DNA from: a virus
Taxonomy: Duplodnaviria; Caudoviricetes
Strand: one strand, 5' to 3'
Length of the DNA: 64,000 bases
IMG/VR virus record: IMGVR_UViG_3300011678_000001
Location: 192,001 to 256,000 of that record
How positions within the stretch are numbered: the stretch's first letter is position 1; each line of letters begins with the position of its first letter. The translations under genes were made by a program, and so were the position numbers. Shown one piece after another: positions 37,473 to 47,496 of this stretch. A model generated the notes under the pieces. It was not told the origin of the DNA. It did no database searches and saw only the letters and a program-made list of their open reading frames with translations.

Positions 37473-38213
37473 TTATCTTTCTTCATGATTTTTCTGTCGT
37501 CTGAACCTACTAACAAGAGTATAGTAGTTAATACCTGTTTGAGCGGCGGCTTCCTTGATGCTGGAGTAATGGACCCCATCTATGGTTACTGGTCTGGATA
37601 AGGCAGCAGCCATTTTGGCTTTATGTGCCGGATCGTCCATCATCTTCTTCGCTCTAGCTGCCTGGGCTGATTTTAGATCTGGATCGTTCATGACTACTTT
37701 CATTTTCTCTGAAAGCCTTGCTCGAAAAACAGGGTCTACATTCTTGACTTTAGCCTGCTCTAATAAAACCTTACGGACCTCTTCCGATACAGTCTTACCT
37801 GCCATGGAGCGTCTTGCATCGGTTGCAATATTGAAAAGATCATTGCAAACGTGCCCTTCATCCAGCAATTGCTGTTCCAAGTCAAGGGCTTTCTCTTTGC
37901 TATCGGTGAGAATGGCCGACAGATCAAAACGAGCATTGTTATTGTAGGCTTCTTGCAAGGGTCGGTTATCGTGAGTGCCTGCTTTGAGTCGAGACTTATG
38001 TAGACACACTCGATTATAAAGATTCACCGTGCTACCTACATAACGCTTCCCAGTCGAAGGGTGAGACAGTACGTATGCAGCAGGGACTGCATGATCCTTT
38101 AAACTGAGGGAGGTAATTGGAGAGGCGACCGCCGGTGGCTGTCTGGACTGATCATTCTCGATCATTGCGGTATCTCCGTAGGATGTAACGGTATCATTCA
38201 GATTATGAGTCAT
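37473..38213 (-). CDS. free-standing GIY-YIG homing endonuclease 3 (start probably about 38165)
   Basis: AAYVL..YVGST..RVCLH..E..FN core and C-terminal HTH; bracketed by terminators. Confidence 0.88.
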   Translation of the reverse strand: MTHNLNDTVTSYGDTAMIENDQSRQPPAVASPITSLSLKDHAVPAAYVLSHPSTGKRYVGSTVNLYNRVCLHKSRLKAGTHDNRPLQEAYNNNARFDLSAILTDSKEKALDLEQQLLDEGHVCNDLFNIATDARRSMAGKTVSEEVRKVLLEQAKVKNVDPVFRARLSEKMKVVMNDPDLKSAQAARAKKMMDDPAHKAKMAAALSRPVTIDGVHYSSIKEAAAQTGINYYTLVSRFRRQKNHEER

Positions 38214-38291
38214 TTGCGTATTTCTTTACAAGGGTTGAGAAAAAAGAAAGGACAGAGGGGAGCCCTTCGGCTCCCCTTTATGCCGACAGAC

Positions 38292-38627
38292 TTAACCAAT
38301 TGCGGGTTCCTTATCTTTACCGATGATGCAGATTATGCCCACGACAGCGCACAGTAACGCAACGATTAAGACAGCCCAATGACGGTCATGCCAAATCATC
38401 AGAGCGCCCAATATCGTCAACAAGGTCCAGTTAATGACCGCGATGTAGTTGTAGCTAAACACCGTGTATTTAATGGCCCAGCGGATCAATGCCGCGTACG
38501 CTTTAAATTCCATTCGATACGCACTGCGCATGACCACATACCACCCGATCAACATGACGATGCAGTAGGTAACAAACGCCAACGTGATAAAATCCGCCCA
38601 ATATGCTAAGTCAATCATGACAGGCAT
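38292..38627 (-). CDS. small multi-pass membrane protein
   Basis: 111 aa with about three hydrophobic segments. Confidence 0.6.
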   Translation of the reverse strand: MPVMIDLAYWADFITLAFVTYCIVMLIGWYVVMRSAYRMEFKAYAALIRWAIKYTVFSYNYIAVINWTLLTILGALMIWHDRHWAVLIVALLCAVVGIICIIGKDKEPAIG

Positions 38628-38686
38628 CCTTGCTAAGTTAATGAGAGGACAGTCCCGAAGGACTGTCCCGTTAAGCTGACACTCGA

Positions 38687-38824
38687 TCAGACTGCCGCAG
38701 CAGTCTTCTTGGTGACCTTGATCGAGAACTTGGTGCTGGTGAATTCCGACTCGATGTCGTAGTTCTTCAGCACGTAGTCAGTCAGTGCGCAGCCGACAAC
38801 AACACCGGCAAATGCTTTCCACAT
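38687..38824 (-). CDS. 45-aa peptide with N-terminal hydrophobic helix (not in ORF track)
   Basis: MWKAFAGVVVGCALTDYVLKNY...TAAAV*; AAGGAG RBS; hairpin at 38648-38668 follows. Confidence 0.7.
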   Translation of the reverse strand: MWKAFAGVVVGCALTDYVLKNYDIESEFTSTKFSIKVTKKTAAAV

Positions 38825-38835
38825 GATGCTACTCC

Positions 38836-38979
38836 TTACGTTGGTTGAGGGGCTTCTTCGGAGGAAGAAGGTTCGGGTTGAGCTTCAGGCTGCTTGGCTT
38901 CAGCAGCTTGTAGCTTCTTCTGGTGGGCATTGACACCGATGATGACGCCAATAGCCACGCCAATGAGGAACGATTTCAT
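38836..38979 (-). CDS. 47-aa single-pass membrane peptide (not in ORF track)
   Basis: MKSFLIGVAIGVIIGVNAHQKKL...PQPT*; CAGGAG RBS; GxxxGxxxG. Confidence 0.72.
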   Translation of the reverse strand: MKSFLIGVAIGVIIGVNAHQKKLQAAEAKQPEAQPEPSSSEEAPQPT

Positions 38980-39015
38980 AACGCTGTTACTCCTGTTACA
39001 GGTGGATGCAGCGGG

Positions 39016-39390
39016 TTAGGCTGCTTTGAGAAACGGCTCAGACACAGCGCGGGTGATGTACGCCACGCTGGCTGCACCTTCAGGACCCATGGCTTCCAGG
39101 GTCTCTTTCAGGCCCGCAATGACTTCAGCCGCTTGGGCGTCATCTTCCATTTCCGGATAGATCACGCCGTTACGGATAATCGAATCTTTGAAGAACAGCG
39201 CAGGGTTGTTCTTGAACTGCTCAACGACCATGTTCACGAATTCGCCTTCAACCAGCGATTCGTTTTCATAGGGCTTCATGACATCCAGCACCTTCTCTAC
39301 CCGAGTCAACAGAATCGGAGCGAAGGTGAACGGAGCCATGGTTTCGGTGAACAGAGTCTGCAGGTGGGCTTTAGCGATGGACAGTTCCAT
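39016..39390 (-). CDS. acidic helical early protein
   Basis: 124 aa with AAGGAG RBS; first gene after the repeated promoter. Confidence 0.7.
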   Translation of the reverse strand: MELSIAKAHLQTLFTETMAPFTFAPILLTRVEKVLDVMKPYENESLVEGEFVNMVVEQFKNNPALFFKDSIIRNGVIYPEMEDDAQAAEVIAGLKETLEAMGPEGAASVAYITRAVSEPFLKAA

Positions 39391-39424
39391 GGTGTTCTCC
39401 TTAAGAACGGGGGTATGATAGGAG

Positions 39425-39480
39425 GATCATTCTTCCTATTCACTGTTACTATGTATTGTCAAAAATATTTCGAATCGAAT
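39425..39480 (-). repeat. early promoter/leader repeat, copy 1
   Basis: 34-nt exact match (gatcattcttcctattcactgttactatgtattg) plus aaaaatatt..cgaatcgaat shared with 61254-61309. Confidence 0.9.
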
Positions 39481-39528
39481 CGACACGGCATAAGGGGAGG
39501 GCACGTGCCCTCCCCAGTATGTTGACGG

Positions 39529-40035
39529 TTAGTCTTTGTTGAACCATTCCACGCCGGTGTAGTACCCGCGGAACAGGTCACGCTTAGCACTGACCATGCA
39601 GCGCACGTTACCGTGCAGCTTGTTCTCGAACACCGAGCACATGTCCTTGAAGGTCATGAGGGTCGAGCCGATGTAACGGATGTCGTGACCGATATCACGC
39701 GCAGCAGGCTCTGCCATGGTTGGGGTGATTTCACACAGGCGCTCGTAGGCCTGGATGTCGTCGATGAACAACTTGAGCAGGTCCTCTTGGGTCATGCGCA
39801 GGGTGCGGTCGTATTCGCGGCTGACTTCTTTCAGGGTCTGGGTCACGAACTTGTCGCCCCAACTGTCCCGGATGAAGACCATCAGTTTCGGATACGCCTT
39901 GTCCACCTGCTCCGCTTGGCGGCTGACCAAGAAGGACAGCGGGATGTATGCCAGGGCTTCTTTGGCCCACGCATGCTTGGTCGAAACCAAGTTAACGTAA
40001 CGTACATACTCACGGATCGCTTTATTCAGGCTCAT
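39529..40035 (-). CDS. hypothetical protein
   Basis: 168 aa with typical codon bias. Confidence 0.65.
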   Translation of the reverse strand: MSLNKAIREYVRYVNLVSTKHAWAKEALAYIPLSFLVSRQAEQVDKAYPKLMVFIRDSWGDKFVTQTLKEVSREYDRTLRMTQEDLLKLFIDDIQAYERLCEITPTMAEPAARDIGHDIRYIGSTLMTFKDMCSVFENKLHGNVRCMVSAKRDLFRGYYTGVEWFNKD

Positions 40036-40139
40036 GCTGCTTGTTCTCTAGGTTAAGTGTGGTCGCCCGAAAGGATGATAGGGCAATGTCAAACCATTGT
40101 CCCCTAACGGTAAATAAAACCACACTGACCTATCACTGT

Positions 40140-40553
40140 TCAACGGAACTCATGGTCCCCATCGACCCTGGGATTCACCCCAATGGCCGTCAGGTGTTCA
40201 CGCAGTTCGATGAGACGCTCTTCAATGCTGACTTTGACCTTACCCTCGTTGATCACAAGGACCGGGATGCCTTCGGCCGCGTTCTCAGGTTTGCCCTTGT
40301 AGTAGAACAGTACCTGTGGTTGGGGACCACGCGTTACCTCGTTATCCGGAACGATCCCGTTGTTTGAGGCATTCTGTTCCTGAGAGACCTGAGCCCCCAA
40401 GGGAAGGACTTGGGCTGCGTAGCCGAGTTCTGCGATGCGTCCTGCGGTCAGGGTGACGTTCTCATCCCAGTCTTGGACCAGTAGCCCTACGATGGGGGCT
40501 TTAGGTTCACCGATAGGGGAGAGGATGTCTTCAAGCGATGCAAAGTAATTCAT
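40140..40553 (-). CDS. hypothetical protein (137 aa from MNYFASL)
   Basis: CAGGAA RBS-like sequence. Confidence 0.55.
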   Translation of the reverse strand: MNYFASLEDILSPIGEPKAPIVGLLVQDWDENVTLTAGRIAELGYAAQVLPLGAQVSQEQNASNNGIVPDNEVTRGPQPQVLFYYKGKPENAAEGIPVLVINEGKVKVSIEERLIELREHLTAIGVNPRVDGDHEFR

Positions 40554-40697
40554 GGGAGGTATTTCCTGAGCCAAATAGAGAATCGGCAACCTAAGGTGGT
40601 GTGCTTGCCTGTCTGGGTAATGTCCCACAATGGTCACAGTACAGACGGACAGGAGGAGGGATTGGCAGCTTGGGTGGTTGGGGCTTGATCACGGGAG

Positions 40698-41378
40698 TCA
40701 CCATTTGGTAAAACGGTTGTTAGTACGAGGTTTGTACGGAATGCGCCGATCACTGCCCAGCGTCACCGTATTGACTTCTGCGTAATCAATCACACCAGGA
40801 GACGGGTAGACCATCAAGTGAGGGACATTGGATGCGTAACGACGACGCCCTGCCTCGAAATCGTCCCGCTGACTGGCTCGGATGTAAGCTGAGCGGGTCT
40901 TGCCTTGGTTGAGCTGGATCTGCTTCTTGAACTCAGACCATTCCCGACCCAACTCGCCCCACTTACGCTGAAGGGTATCAATCTCCTTCAGGTATTTCAT
41001 CAGGAGCACCGGATCATCATCCACCCAATTGTGTTCTTCAGCAAACTTGTCCAAGAAAGCGGTCTTACGCTCACTCTCCACCACCCGATACAACAGATCT
41101 CGCTGCAGACTGTCTACATCTACGATGTACTCATAGAGCTTATTGCCCTTGAACCAGACAGCGTGGTCTTGACCGTAAAGGTTCGGGAGGATGTCAGCAG
41201 GGATGGGATCAAAGAAGAATGAGATGTGATCGACGTAAGGTCCTTCGAGTCCAAGTCTTCTCGCCGATTCTTCAGCCCGCTTGATCTCAGCCACATCGGC
41301 TTTGCCTGATTTACGCCGTGTCTGTAGATTAGGGTAGAAGTCTGGTGCGTAGTGGTAAAGTTTCAATGAAGGGTTCAT
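40698..41378 (-). CDS. hypothetical protein, possible ADP-ribosyltransferase-like fold
   Basis: 226 aa; LYHY near the N-terminus, HISFFFDP and LYEY. Confidence 0.6.
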   Translation of the reverse strand: MNPSLKLYHYAPDFYPNLQTRRKSGKADVAEIKRAEESARRLGLEGPYVDHISFFFDPIPADILPNLYGQDHAVWFKGNKLYEYIVDVDSLQRDLLYRVVESERKTAFLDKFAEEHNWVDDDPVLLMKYLKEIDTLQRKWGELGREWSEFKKQIQLNQGKTRSAYIRASQRDDFEAGRRRYASNVPHLMVYPSPGVIDYAEVNTVTLGSDRRIPYKPRTNNRFTKW

Positions 41379-41798
41379 GGATAGACCTTAGGGATAAAGG
41401 ATCGTGCTATAGGATTCCGGTCTAGCAGCATAAACACCAGCCTCGGGCTGGCCTAAATGTTTTTTAGTACGGAATTCTTGGTATGGTGTGATATGTCAAT
41501 TCACCCCTTAGTATAGTGAGGCTTCGCCTCACAGGGTATGCTCGTGTTGTGCGTCTCTCCTCCGGTCATTCTTCCCTCCAGACAGCCACCCAAACACGGC
41601 AGGTCTATCCCATCCTATCCTTTCTTCCCTCACTCCCCCAGATTAATTCCTCACTTCGTTCGTCATTAATCTTGCCCCCTCGCTCCCTTCTTTCCTTTCC
41701 TTCCCAGAGCGGCGACAAGACTGTGCATACTATACAGATCGAGGTTACAAAAAATAAACAAGGCTACCTACCCCGAAGGGCGGTAGCCAATTATGCCG

Positions 41799-42248
41799 TT
41801 AGTTCACCAGGCCGGAACAGCGCCATTCGAACTGTCCCATGACCCGCTTAGCGTCCTCGCCGTAGTTACGCGACAGGGGTGCGTAGACGCTCATGTCCAG
41901 CTCTTCATCGAGCAGTTCGCCGTAGATGGTTCCCTTCTGAACAAAGATCCGGTACTTGAGACCTGCCTTGACCAACTGGTCGTAGATGTCATTACGCACC
42001 ACTTCCATCTGCTTGAAGAACTCTTCAGCGGTGAACGAGTGGAACAGCTCACGGTCATAGCCAAACAGCATCGCCGAGCAATGCCGGACGGCAGTGACGA
42101 TGTGTTCACGCAAGCGGCTGTCCAGTTCTTCCGGGACTTGGTCCACGTACTGGTTACGCTCAAGGGTCAGATCACGCAGGGTGTTGATGCACAGCGCGGT
42201 GGTGGGCTCATTGACGGATATGGACACGGTACTGCTCTCCTGAAACAA
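41799..42248 (-). CDS. hypothetical protein
   Basis: 149 aa; start uncertain. Confidence 0.6.
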   Translation of the reverse strand: MFQESSTVSISVNEPTTALCINTLRDLTLERNQYVDQVPEELDSRLREHIVTAVRHCSAMLFGYDRELFHSFTAEEFFKQMEVVRNDIYDQLVKAGLKYRIFVQKGTIYGELLDEELDMSVYAPLSRNYGEDAKRVMGQFEWRCSGLVN

Positions 42249-42328
42249 AAAAAGATCCTCATCCGACCGGCCTTAACGGCAAGGGGAAGCCATGGCCGGG
42301 TTAGGGGCATGGATGAGGATCAAAGCGG

Positions 42329-42952
42329 TTAGCTAGGTGTGTCACCCAGCTGGAAGGTGATGTAGAAGGTCGCCGCTTGCGGTGCTACCGACTCAGGCTT
42401 GTTATCATCTTCTTTCAGCAGACCGAAGCCGACATTGTTGATGATGTCCAGAGCGCGCTTGTTGCGAATATCCTTCATAGAGATGACTTCACTAAAGCCT
42501 TTACGAATCTTGCTCGCATTCAGCCCTAGGGTCAGCAGCTTAGTGCCCCGGTCGTAGTAGACCTCGACACCGAACTTCTCCATGACGTCAAACTTCTGGG
42601 TCAGCTCTTGCGTGTCGAACGCCTCGCGCAGTTCAGCGTAGATCAGCTCGTAGGCTGGATGGACCTTGGCTTTCTCACGCCATTCGGCCTGAGTGATGCA
42701 GCCAGTTGTTTCATCGAGCAGGCAGTTCAACCGGCTGGTCAAGGTGCCTTTGACTTCCCGGATTTCCGGCAGGCCCTGACCCACACGGGTCACACGCACG
42801 GCACTCAGGCCTTGCTTGATGAGATGGGATTCTTCCTCTTGGAAGATGACTTCATCCAGACGGCTGAGATCGATGTCCTGTGCCCACTGATCACTGTGGT
42901 CGGCCAGGAACTGGTTGATCGGATGGACTGCAATTGAATTGGTAGTGTGCAT
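42329..42952 (-). CDS. hypothetical early protein
   Basis: 207 aa, AGGAG RBS, early promoter motif at 43003-43033. Confidence 0.7.
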   Translation of the reverse strand: MHTTNSIAVHPINQFLADHSDQWAQDIDLSRLDEVIFQEEESHLIKQGLSAVRVTRVGQGLPEIREVKGTLTSRLNCLLDETTGCITQAEWREKAKVHPAYELIYAELREAFDTQELTQKFDVMEKFGVEVYYDRGTKLLTLGLNASKIRKGFSEVISMKDIRNKRALDIINNVGFGLLKEDDNKPESVAPQAATFYITFQLGDTPS

Positions 42953-43099
42953 AGTGACTCTCCTAAGTAAAGTCTAGGTTACAGGTGGGTGTTATCAACT
43001 CTATCATGTATCGTTGAAATGTTTTTCAATCGACAAACGACTCACCAACCACGTATCGCTATGATACTTCCGTCACGACCGTCTTAACAGGATACCCCC

Positions 43100-44359
43100 A
43101 TGTCAGGCACAACCCCGACAGTGAAGTCTCTGTTCGATGAGGCTTGTAGCCACATCGTCATTGACCGTAACTTCATTCGCCGCCTGCAGACCTATCGCCA
43201 GAACTTTGCCAACAAGAACGATGACCATGTAGCGTTCTTCGGCGGTCACCTGATGGGTGTGCAAGACGTACGCTTTACCAAGAGTGACCGGATCGAATGG
43301 TTCACCACCGTTTTGGACTTTGACGACGTCAGTCTGCAAAACGACCTGCTCCAGCTCAAGACACTGGTCCCTGATCCGAAGAAGGTGCGCTACGTTTCCA
43401 CCGACGTAATGAACCTCTCCTGCTTGTGGTTGGTGCATGCCATCTACAACGCGAAGCTGACAGACACTGAGAAGCACTCGGCAATGATCGATGCACTTCT
43501 GGTGCTGCAATATAAATTTATCACTTCCATTTTATCTTACTGGTTTCCAAGCCGGGCCGATGAAGCGGTAGCGGTAGCCACTTATGCTCGCCTGCCGAAG
43601 AAGTACAAGCTTAAGGAATTGGGTAGTTGGGGTGCCTTACTCCAATATCGGGCTGAAGCTTCGATCGACAAGCGGTCTCCCCATGCCTTGAACAAGACCT
43701 TCCAGAACTTTGATGACGATTACGACATCATCTACATGGTCAACGACATCCAAGGCCGGATCAAAGGCTACCTGAAGAACATCCGGGACGAGTTCGAGAT
43801 TGTCCGTCGTGACCCAACCGCGCTGATCCGCACCAACTCCAACACCACGGTCAACATGGACGGCGAAATTGTCGTCAAGACCAAGAAGAACCAGTACACC
43901 GTGTACCGGCGCTACTTGGATGACGTGATGACGGACCGCAACAGTTTCATCGTCAAGGAGCTGACCGAGATCGTCGCAGGCTGCATGCCCAAGCTGCCCT
44001 ACCACAACATGGTCGAGTGCTTGGAGTACATGGCCAAGCATTCATCCAAGCTCAAGGGCGATCCAAACGTGATCAAACTGGCTGACCTGACGCTTGAGCA
44101 TCTGTTCGACTTCATTGCGAGCAACCGCAACAGCATCAACGTCAAAGACTTGCCCACCCTCTTGACCAAGCTGCGTAACCTCTACACCGCGTCTCGTGCT
44201 AACAACGACCTTCTGTTGCAAATGCGCGATACCGGCTTTGAAGTGGTCCGCAAAGCAGTCAAAACCAAAAACGCTGCACTGGTTGCCTCGATCCGCACCG
44301 GTGCCATCCTTTACTTGGTGCTGCGTACAGTCACCATGAACCATTACAGGAAAGACTAA
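43100..44359 (+). CDS. conserved putative virion/core protein
   Basis: 419-aa helical ORF near the terminase. Confidence 0.7.
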   Translation: MSGTTPTVKSLFDEACSHIVIDRNFIRRLQTYRQNFANKNDDHVAFFGGHLMGVQDVRFTKSDRIEWFTTVLDFDDVSLQNDLLQLKTLVPDPKKVRYVSTDVMNLSCLWLVHAIYNAKLTDTEKHSAMIDALLVLQYKFITSILSYWFPSRADEAVAVATYARLPKKYKLKELGSWGALLQYRAEASIDKRSPHALNKTFQNFDDDYDIIYMVNDIQGRIKGYLKNIRDEFEIVRRDPTALIRTNSNTTVNMDGEIVVKTKKNQYTVYRRYLDDVMTDRNSFIVKELTEIVAGCMPKLPYHNMVECLEYMAKHSSKLKGDPNVIKLADLTLEHLFDFIASNRNSINVKDLPTLLTKLRNLYTASRANNDLLLQMRDTGFEVVRKAVKTKNAALVASIRTGAILYLVLRTVTMNHYRKD

Positions 44360-45171
44360 TGTCCCGCCCTCGCACTCGCGTCATTGATGAAGACGATAAA
44401 GACATCTCAGGCTTGAACGACATCTACACCCCGTACCGCCTGACTCGCGGAGCATGGAATGAAGACGAAGGCCGAGGTTGGTACACCCCTCGGGCGCTGA
44501 TGAACCATGAGTACCGTCGGATGATCCCGCCTTATCAGGCCCGTGAACACGGCTGGCTGACCATCGCGGGCAAACCCCTGGGTGCAGGGTTGTTCGATTT
44601 CCTGGACATGGAATTGGTGGCGTACAAGACCCTCAAGGCGACGGCGTTCGAGTGCGGCCACCGTCAGTTGGATTGGGCATTGGGTTTTGCAGACCTGTCC
44701 CCGGCAGAGCAAGCTGATGCATTGGACACCCGTCCTGTAAGCGCTGCAGAGCTCCTCAGAGACACGCAGATGAAACTCCTAGGGTTGGTGCAGGATATGT
44801 CCTTCGTCGAGCCTAAGAGCCGTCATGGGACCTTCTACCCGGTGATTAAGTTCCCCGTCAATCCTGATCCGCTGGTTGAAACCAAGCCGTTCCTCGTTGA
44901 CGCGGATAAAGCCATGGAGTTGATCAAGCGAGCCAACGCCTTCGATGCCTTGGCAGATGCCGTTGAGCGTGAGTTCGATGGCATTGAAGTGAAGATGAAG
45001 AAGCTGGCACTCCTGCACAAAGTGGCCTTAAGGCCGTACTTGCACAAGACCAAGTACCTGCACCCTGAACTGCTCAATGATGCCAACATCCAGTTGGCCG
45101 GTGGCGTGTTCTACAGGGCACGGGCACTGGCGGACTTCCTGCGCAAGATGGTCTACATCAACGTCATGTAA
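44359..45171 (+). CDS. hypothetical protein
   Basis: 270 aa; TAATG coupling to the previous gene. Confidence 0.7.
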   Translation: MSRPRTRVIDEDDKDISGLNDIYTPYRLTRGAWNEDEGRGWYTPRALMNHEYRRMIPPYQAREHGWLTIAGKPLGAGLFDFLDMELVAYKTLKATAFECGHRQLDWALGFADLSPAEQADALDTRPVSAAELLRDTQMKLLGLVQDMSFVEPKSRHGTFYPVIKFPVNPDPLVETKPFLVDADKAMELIKRANAFDALADAVEREFDGIEVKMKKLALLHKVALRPYLHKTKYLHPELLNDANIQLAGGVFYRARALADFLRKMVYINVM

Positions 45172-45176
45172 GACAA

Positions 45177-45211
45177 CATAGAGGGAGGGCCGAAGCCCTC
45201 CCCTTATGCCG
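45177..45211. terminator. bidirectional terminator
   Basis: CATA-GAGGGAGGGC-CGAA-GCCCTCCCCT-TATGCCG between convergent genes. Confidence 0.8.
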
Positions 45212-45213
45212 TT

Positions 45214-47436
45214 TCACCGAATCATGAAGTTACTGCTGTTACTGCGGAAGGTGGTACGACGACGCTCGGCCATACCCAGGTTCAGCGGACGATCCAACTC
45301 CAGTTCACGGCCAGGCCCTGCGTTGCGACTGATGATAGCTCGCTTCTCACGGTTGGTTTCCTTGATCTGGTCAATCGAGCCAATCGGCTCCATGTCAAAC
45401 TCGTCACTGGCCTGTGCCATCAGCACATCAAGCTTATGTTGAATCTTGATGCGTTCGTACGTGTTCTTCTCCGTGTTCAGGCGTTCCATCAGTTCCCCGA
45501 CTTGATCCCGAATGCGTTGCTGCTGGTCGTACTTGCGCTGTTCATCCCACGAGAGCTTGTGTTCGGCTTCATAGACCCGCCGCTTCACTTCACTCAAGGT
45601 AATGCCGTAGTGCTCCAAGTTCTTACCGTAGGTGAGGAACCAGTGACACAACAGCCAACTGATGACATGGTCATCGTGTCCGGAGGCATCATGGTCGATC
45701 CGATTGTTCCGCTCTACCAAGCGAGACAATTCACCTTGAAGCTTAGCGTCACGCACCAGACTGCCTGACTTCTTCGCCGCTTCTTGCAACACAGGCCCGT
45801 AGAGGATCTCCCGCAGTGAGGCGTTGGTGGGGAAGCCGAAGAACTTACGGTACGACCGATAATGGTCCCGGTCACCGACGTATTCCTGGAAGCGTTTACG
45901 GTCATGGGCCGATTCATCTTTGGTGTCGACCAGGGTCGAGTAGATGCGTCTGGCCGGGTCGATCTTGTAGGTCGGCAAGGTCAGGAGCATTGTATCCAGA
46001 ATCCCGATCCAGGTGGATTTCGATTCCGGCACCAAGGTGAGTTTCGGGAACCTGACAATCATCTTGATCAGCCACATGGCAAAGGCCGTGAGGTTGGTGT
46101 CGTTAATGGTCCAGGCCCCGACGACTTCCAAAGTACTGGTGTCCACAATCACACCGGTGATGTTGTCTCGTCCCACCGCGTTCGAGGTATCCATCCCCAT
46201 GATCACTTCACGGCCCGGCAAGCCTGCCTTGACTTCAGCTTCAGGTACGTACCAGCGCACCGAATAATGGTCGACCTTATCGATCTCCAAATACGTCGGT
46301 TTGGTGACACTGGCATGAATCTTACGCAACGTGTCTTTGGTCAATGGGTTTCGGGCGTTACCCGAGGTCCATTCGTTCATGTAGTCTCGACGGACCCCAT
46401 CACCCGTTTGACGGGATTCGGCGATCTTGGTTCTGAGCCATTCGTCGGTCTTACCCAACTGCTTGTGGTTGAACGTACCGTTGATCAGGATTGCTTCTTT
46501 GTTGCGACACTGCTTACGCACGACTTCGTAGAGTTCTTTGTTGTCGGTGCAATCATAGAAGTGATCGTTCCACTCTGCCCCGCCGGTCATCATGTCGTAC
46601 GCGTACGCGCCTTCAGGGGTGTCCAGTTCGCCTGCGGTTGTGGTGAAGATGTTACCGTAGGGTAGACCGTTGCGTGCCGCTTCTTCACGCGCCGCACCAC
46701 CACCTGCGAGCATAACACCGAGGGAGATGTGTACGTTCTTCAAGAAGGCGATTTCGTCCGTATGCGAGTGTGAGGTGGTCAGACCACGACCCAGGTTACG
46801 GGCAGCTTCTTCGTCTTTCTGCGGGATGTACACCACCATCCGGTTACCTTGGGAGTAGTTGGTGAACTCCTTCTGGTTGTCGGTGTCTTTCTTGGTGACG
46901 TTCACGAGGTACTTAGGTAACAAGCCCCGCAGTTTCTTCAGACGGGCGATGTGTTCTTTAAACAAGTCGCCTTTGGTGAACAGGTTGGAACGCGAGTTAC
47001 GTGCACCGAAGACCTGATACCACACGGAGATACCGTCGGAGTTCAGGGACTTACCGGTCTGACGAATCTGGACCAGGAAGTAGTCGATGTGATTCAGGAA
47101 GCTCCACCAGAGTGAGATGTTACCCCGGTTAGCCTGTAGCTGCATGGGTGTATCACCGGCAGCCGGAGGCACACGCATGACTTCACGAATAAAGTACCAC
47201 GGGTTAAACGTGCACTCAATCTTGATCTTGAGCTTCATTTCGTCCGACAGCATAGGGTCGAACGGATCGACACCTTGCAGGTCTGGCTGCATCAGTGCCA
47301 ACGGGAACAGGTGGTTCTGAATTCCCATGTGTTTAAGCAGGGCTGAGAATTCCAGGAACGAGGTGTTGTTTGTCTTGGTGTCCCAGATCGCAGTGGGGTA
47401 ATTATCCCAATCCTGCATGAATAGGATCGTTTGCAT
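45214..47436 (-). CDS. terL: terminase large subunit
   Basis: NPWYFIRE, RQTGKS (Walker A), HTDEIAF (Walker B), FTTT, GMDTS and HDDHVISW nuclease motifs; GGAGG RBS. Confidence 0.93.
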   Translation of the reverse strand: MQTILFMQDWDNYPTAIWDTKTNNTSFLEFSALLKHMGIQNHLFPLALMQPDLQGVDPFDPMLSDEMKLKIKIECTFNPWYFIREVMRVPPAAGDTPMQLQANRGNISLWWSFLNHIDYFLVQIRQTGKSLNSDGISVWYQVFGARNSRSNLFTKGDLFKEHIARLKKLRGLLPKYLVNVTKKDTDNQKEFTNYSQGNRMVVYIPQKDEEAARNLGRGLTTSHSHTDEIAFLKNVHISLGVMLAGGGAAREEAARNGLPYGNIFTTTAGELDTPEGAYAYDMMTGGAEWNDHFYDCTDNKELYEVVRKQCRNKEAILINGTFNHKQLGKTDEWLRTKIAESRQTGDGVRRDYMNEWTSGNARNPLTKDTLRKIHASVTKPTYLEIDKVDHYSVRWYVPEAEVKAGLPGREVIMGMDTSNAVGRDNITGVIVDTSTLEVVGAWTINDTNLTAFAMWLIKMIVRFPKLTLVPESKSTWIGILDTMLLTLPTYKIDPARRIYSTLVDTKDESAHDRKRFQEYVGDRDHYRSYRKFFGFPTNASLREILYGPVLQEAAKKSGSLVRDAKLQGELSRLVERNNRIDHDASGHDDHVISWLLCHWFLTYGKNLEHYGITLSEVKRRVYEAEHKLSWDEQRKYDQQQRIRDQVGELMERLNTEKNTYERIKIQHKLDVLMAQASDEFDMEPIGSIDQIKETNREKRAIISRNAGPGRELELDRPLNLGMAERRRTTFRSNSSNFMIR

Positions 47437-47496
47437 GATGCCTCCAAATACCCAGGCCCGCCGAGGATTGCTCCTCGACAGACCCAAGTACGTTTA

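Noticed and set aside
37380-38290. Displaced gene-end stub around GIY-YIG 3
   Set aside because: Only vague resemblance (cggtatctccgtagg versus cgctatactgttggg, and similar flanking terminators); it needs indels and overlaps the HEG's likely RBS
42329-42952. Possible ChmB shell pore protein
   Set aside because: Size and early promoter fit, but I recognise no sequence feature supporting the name
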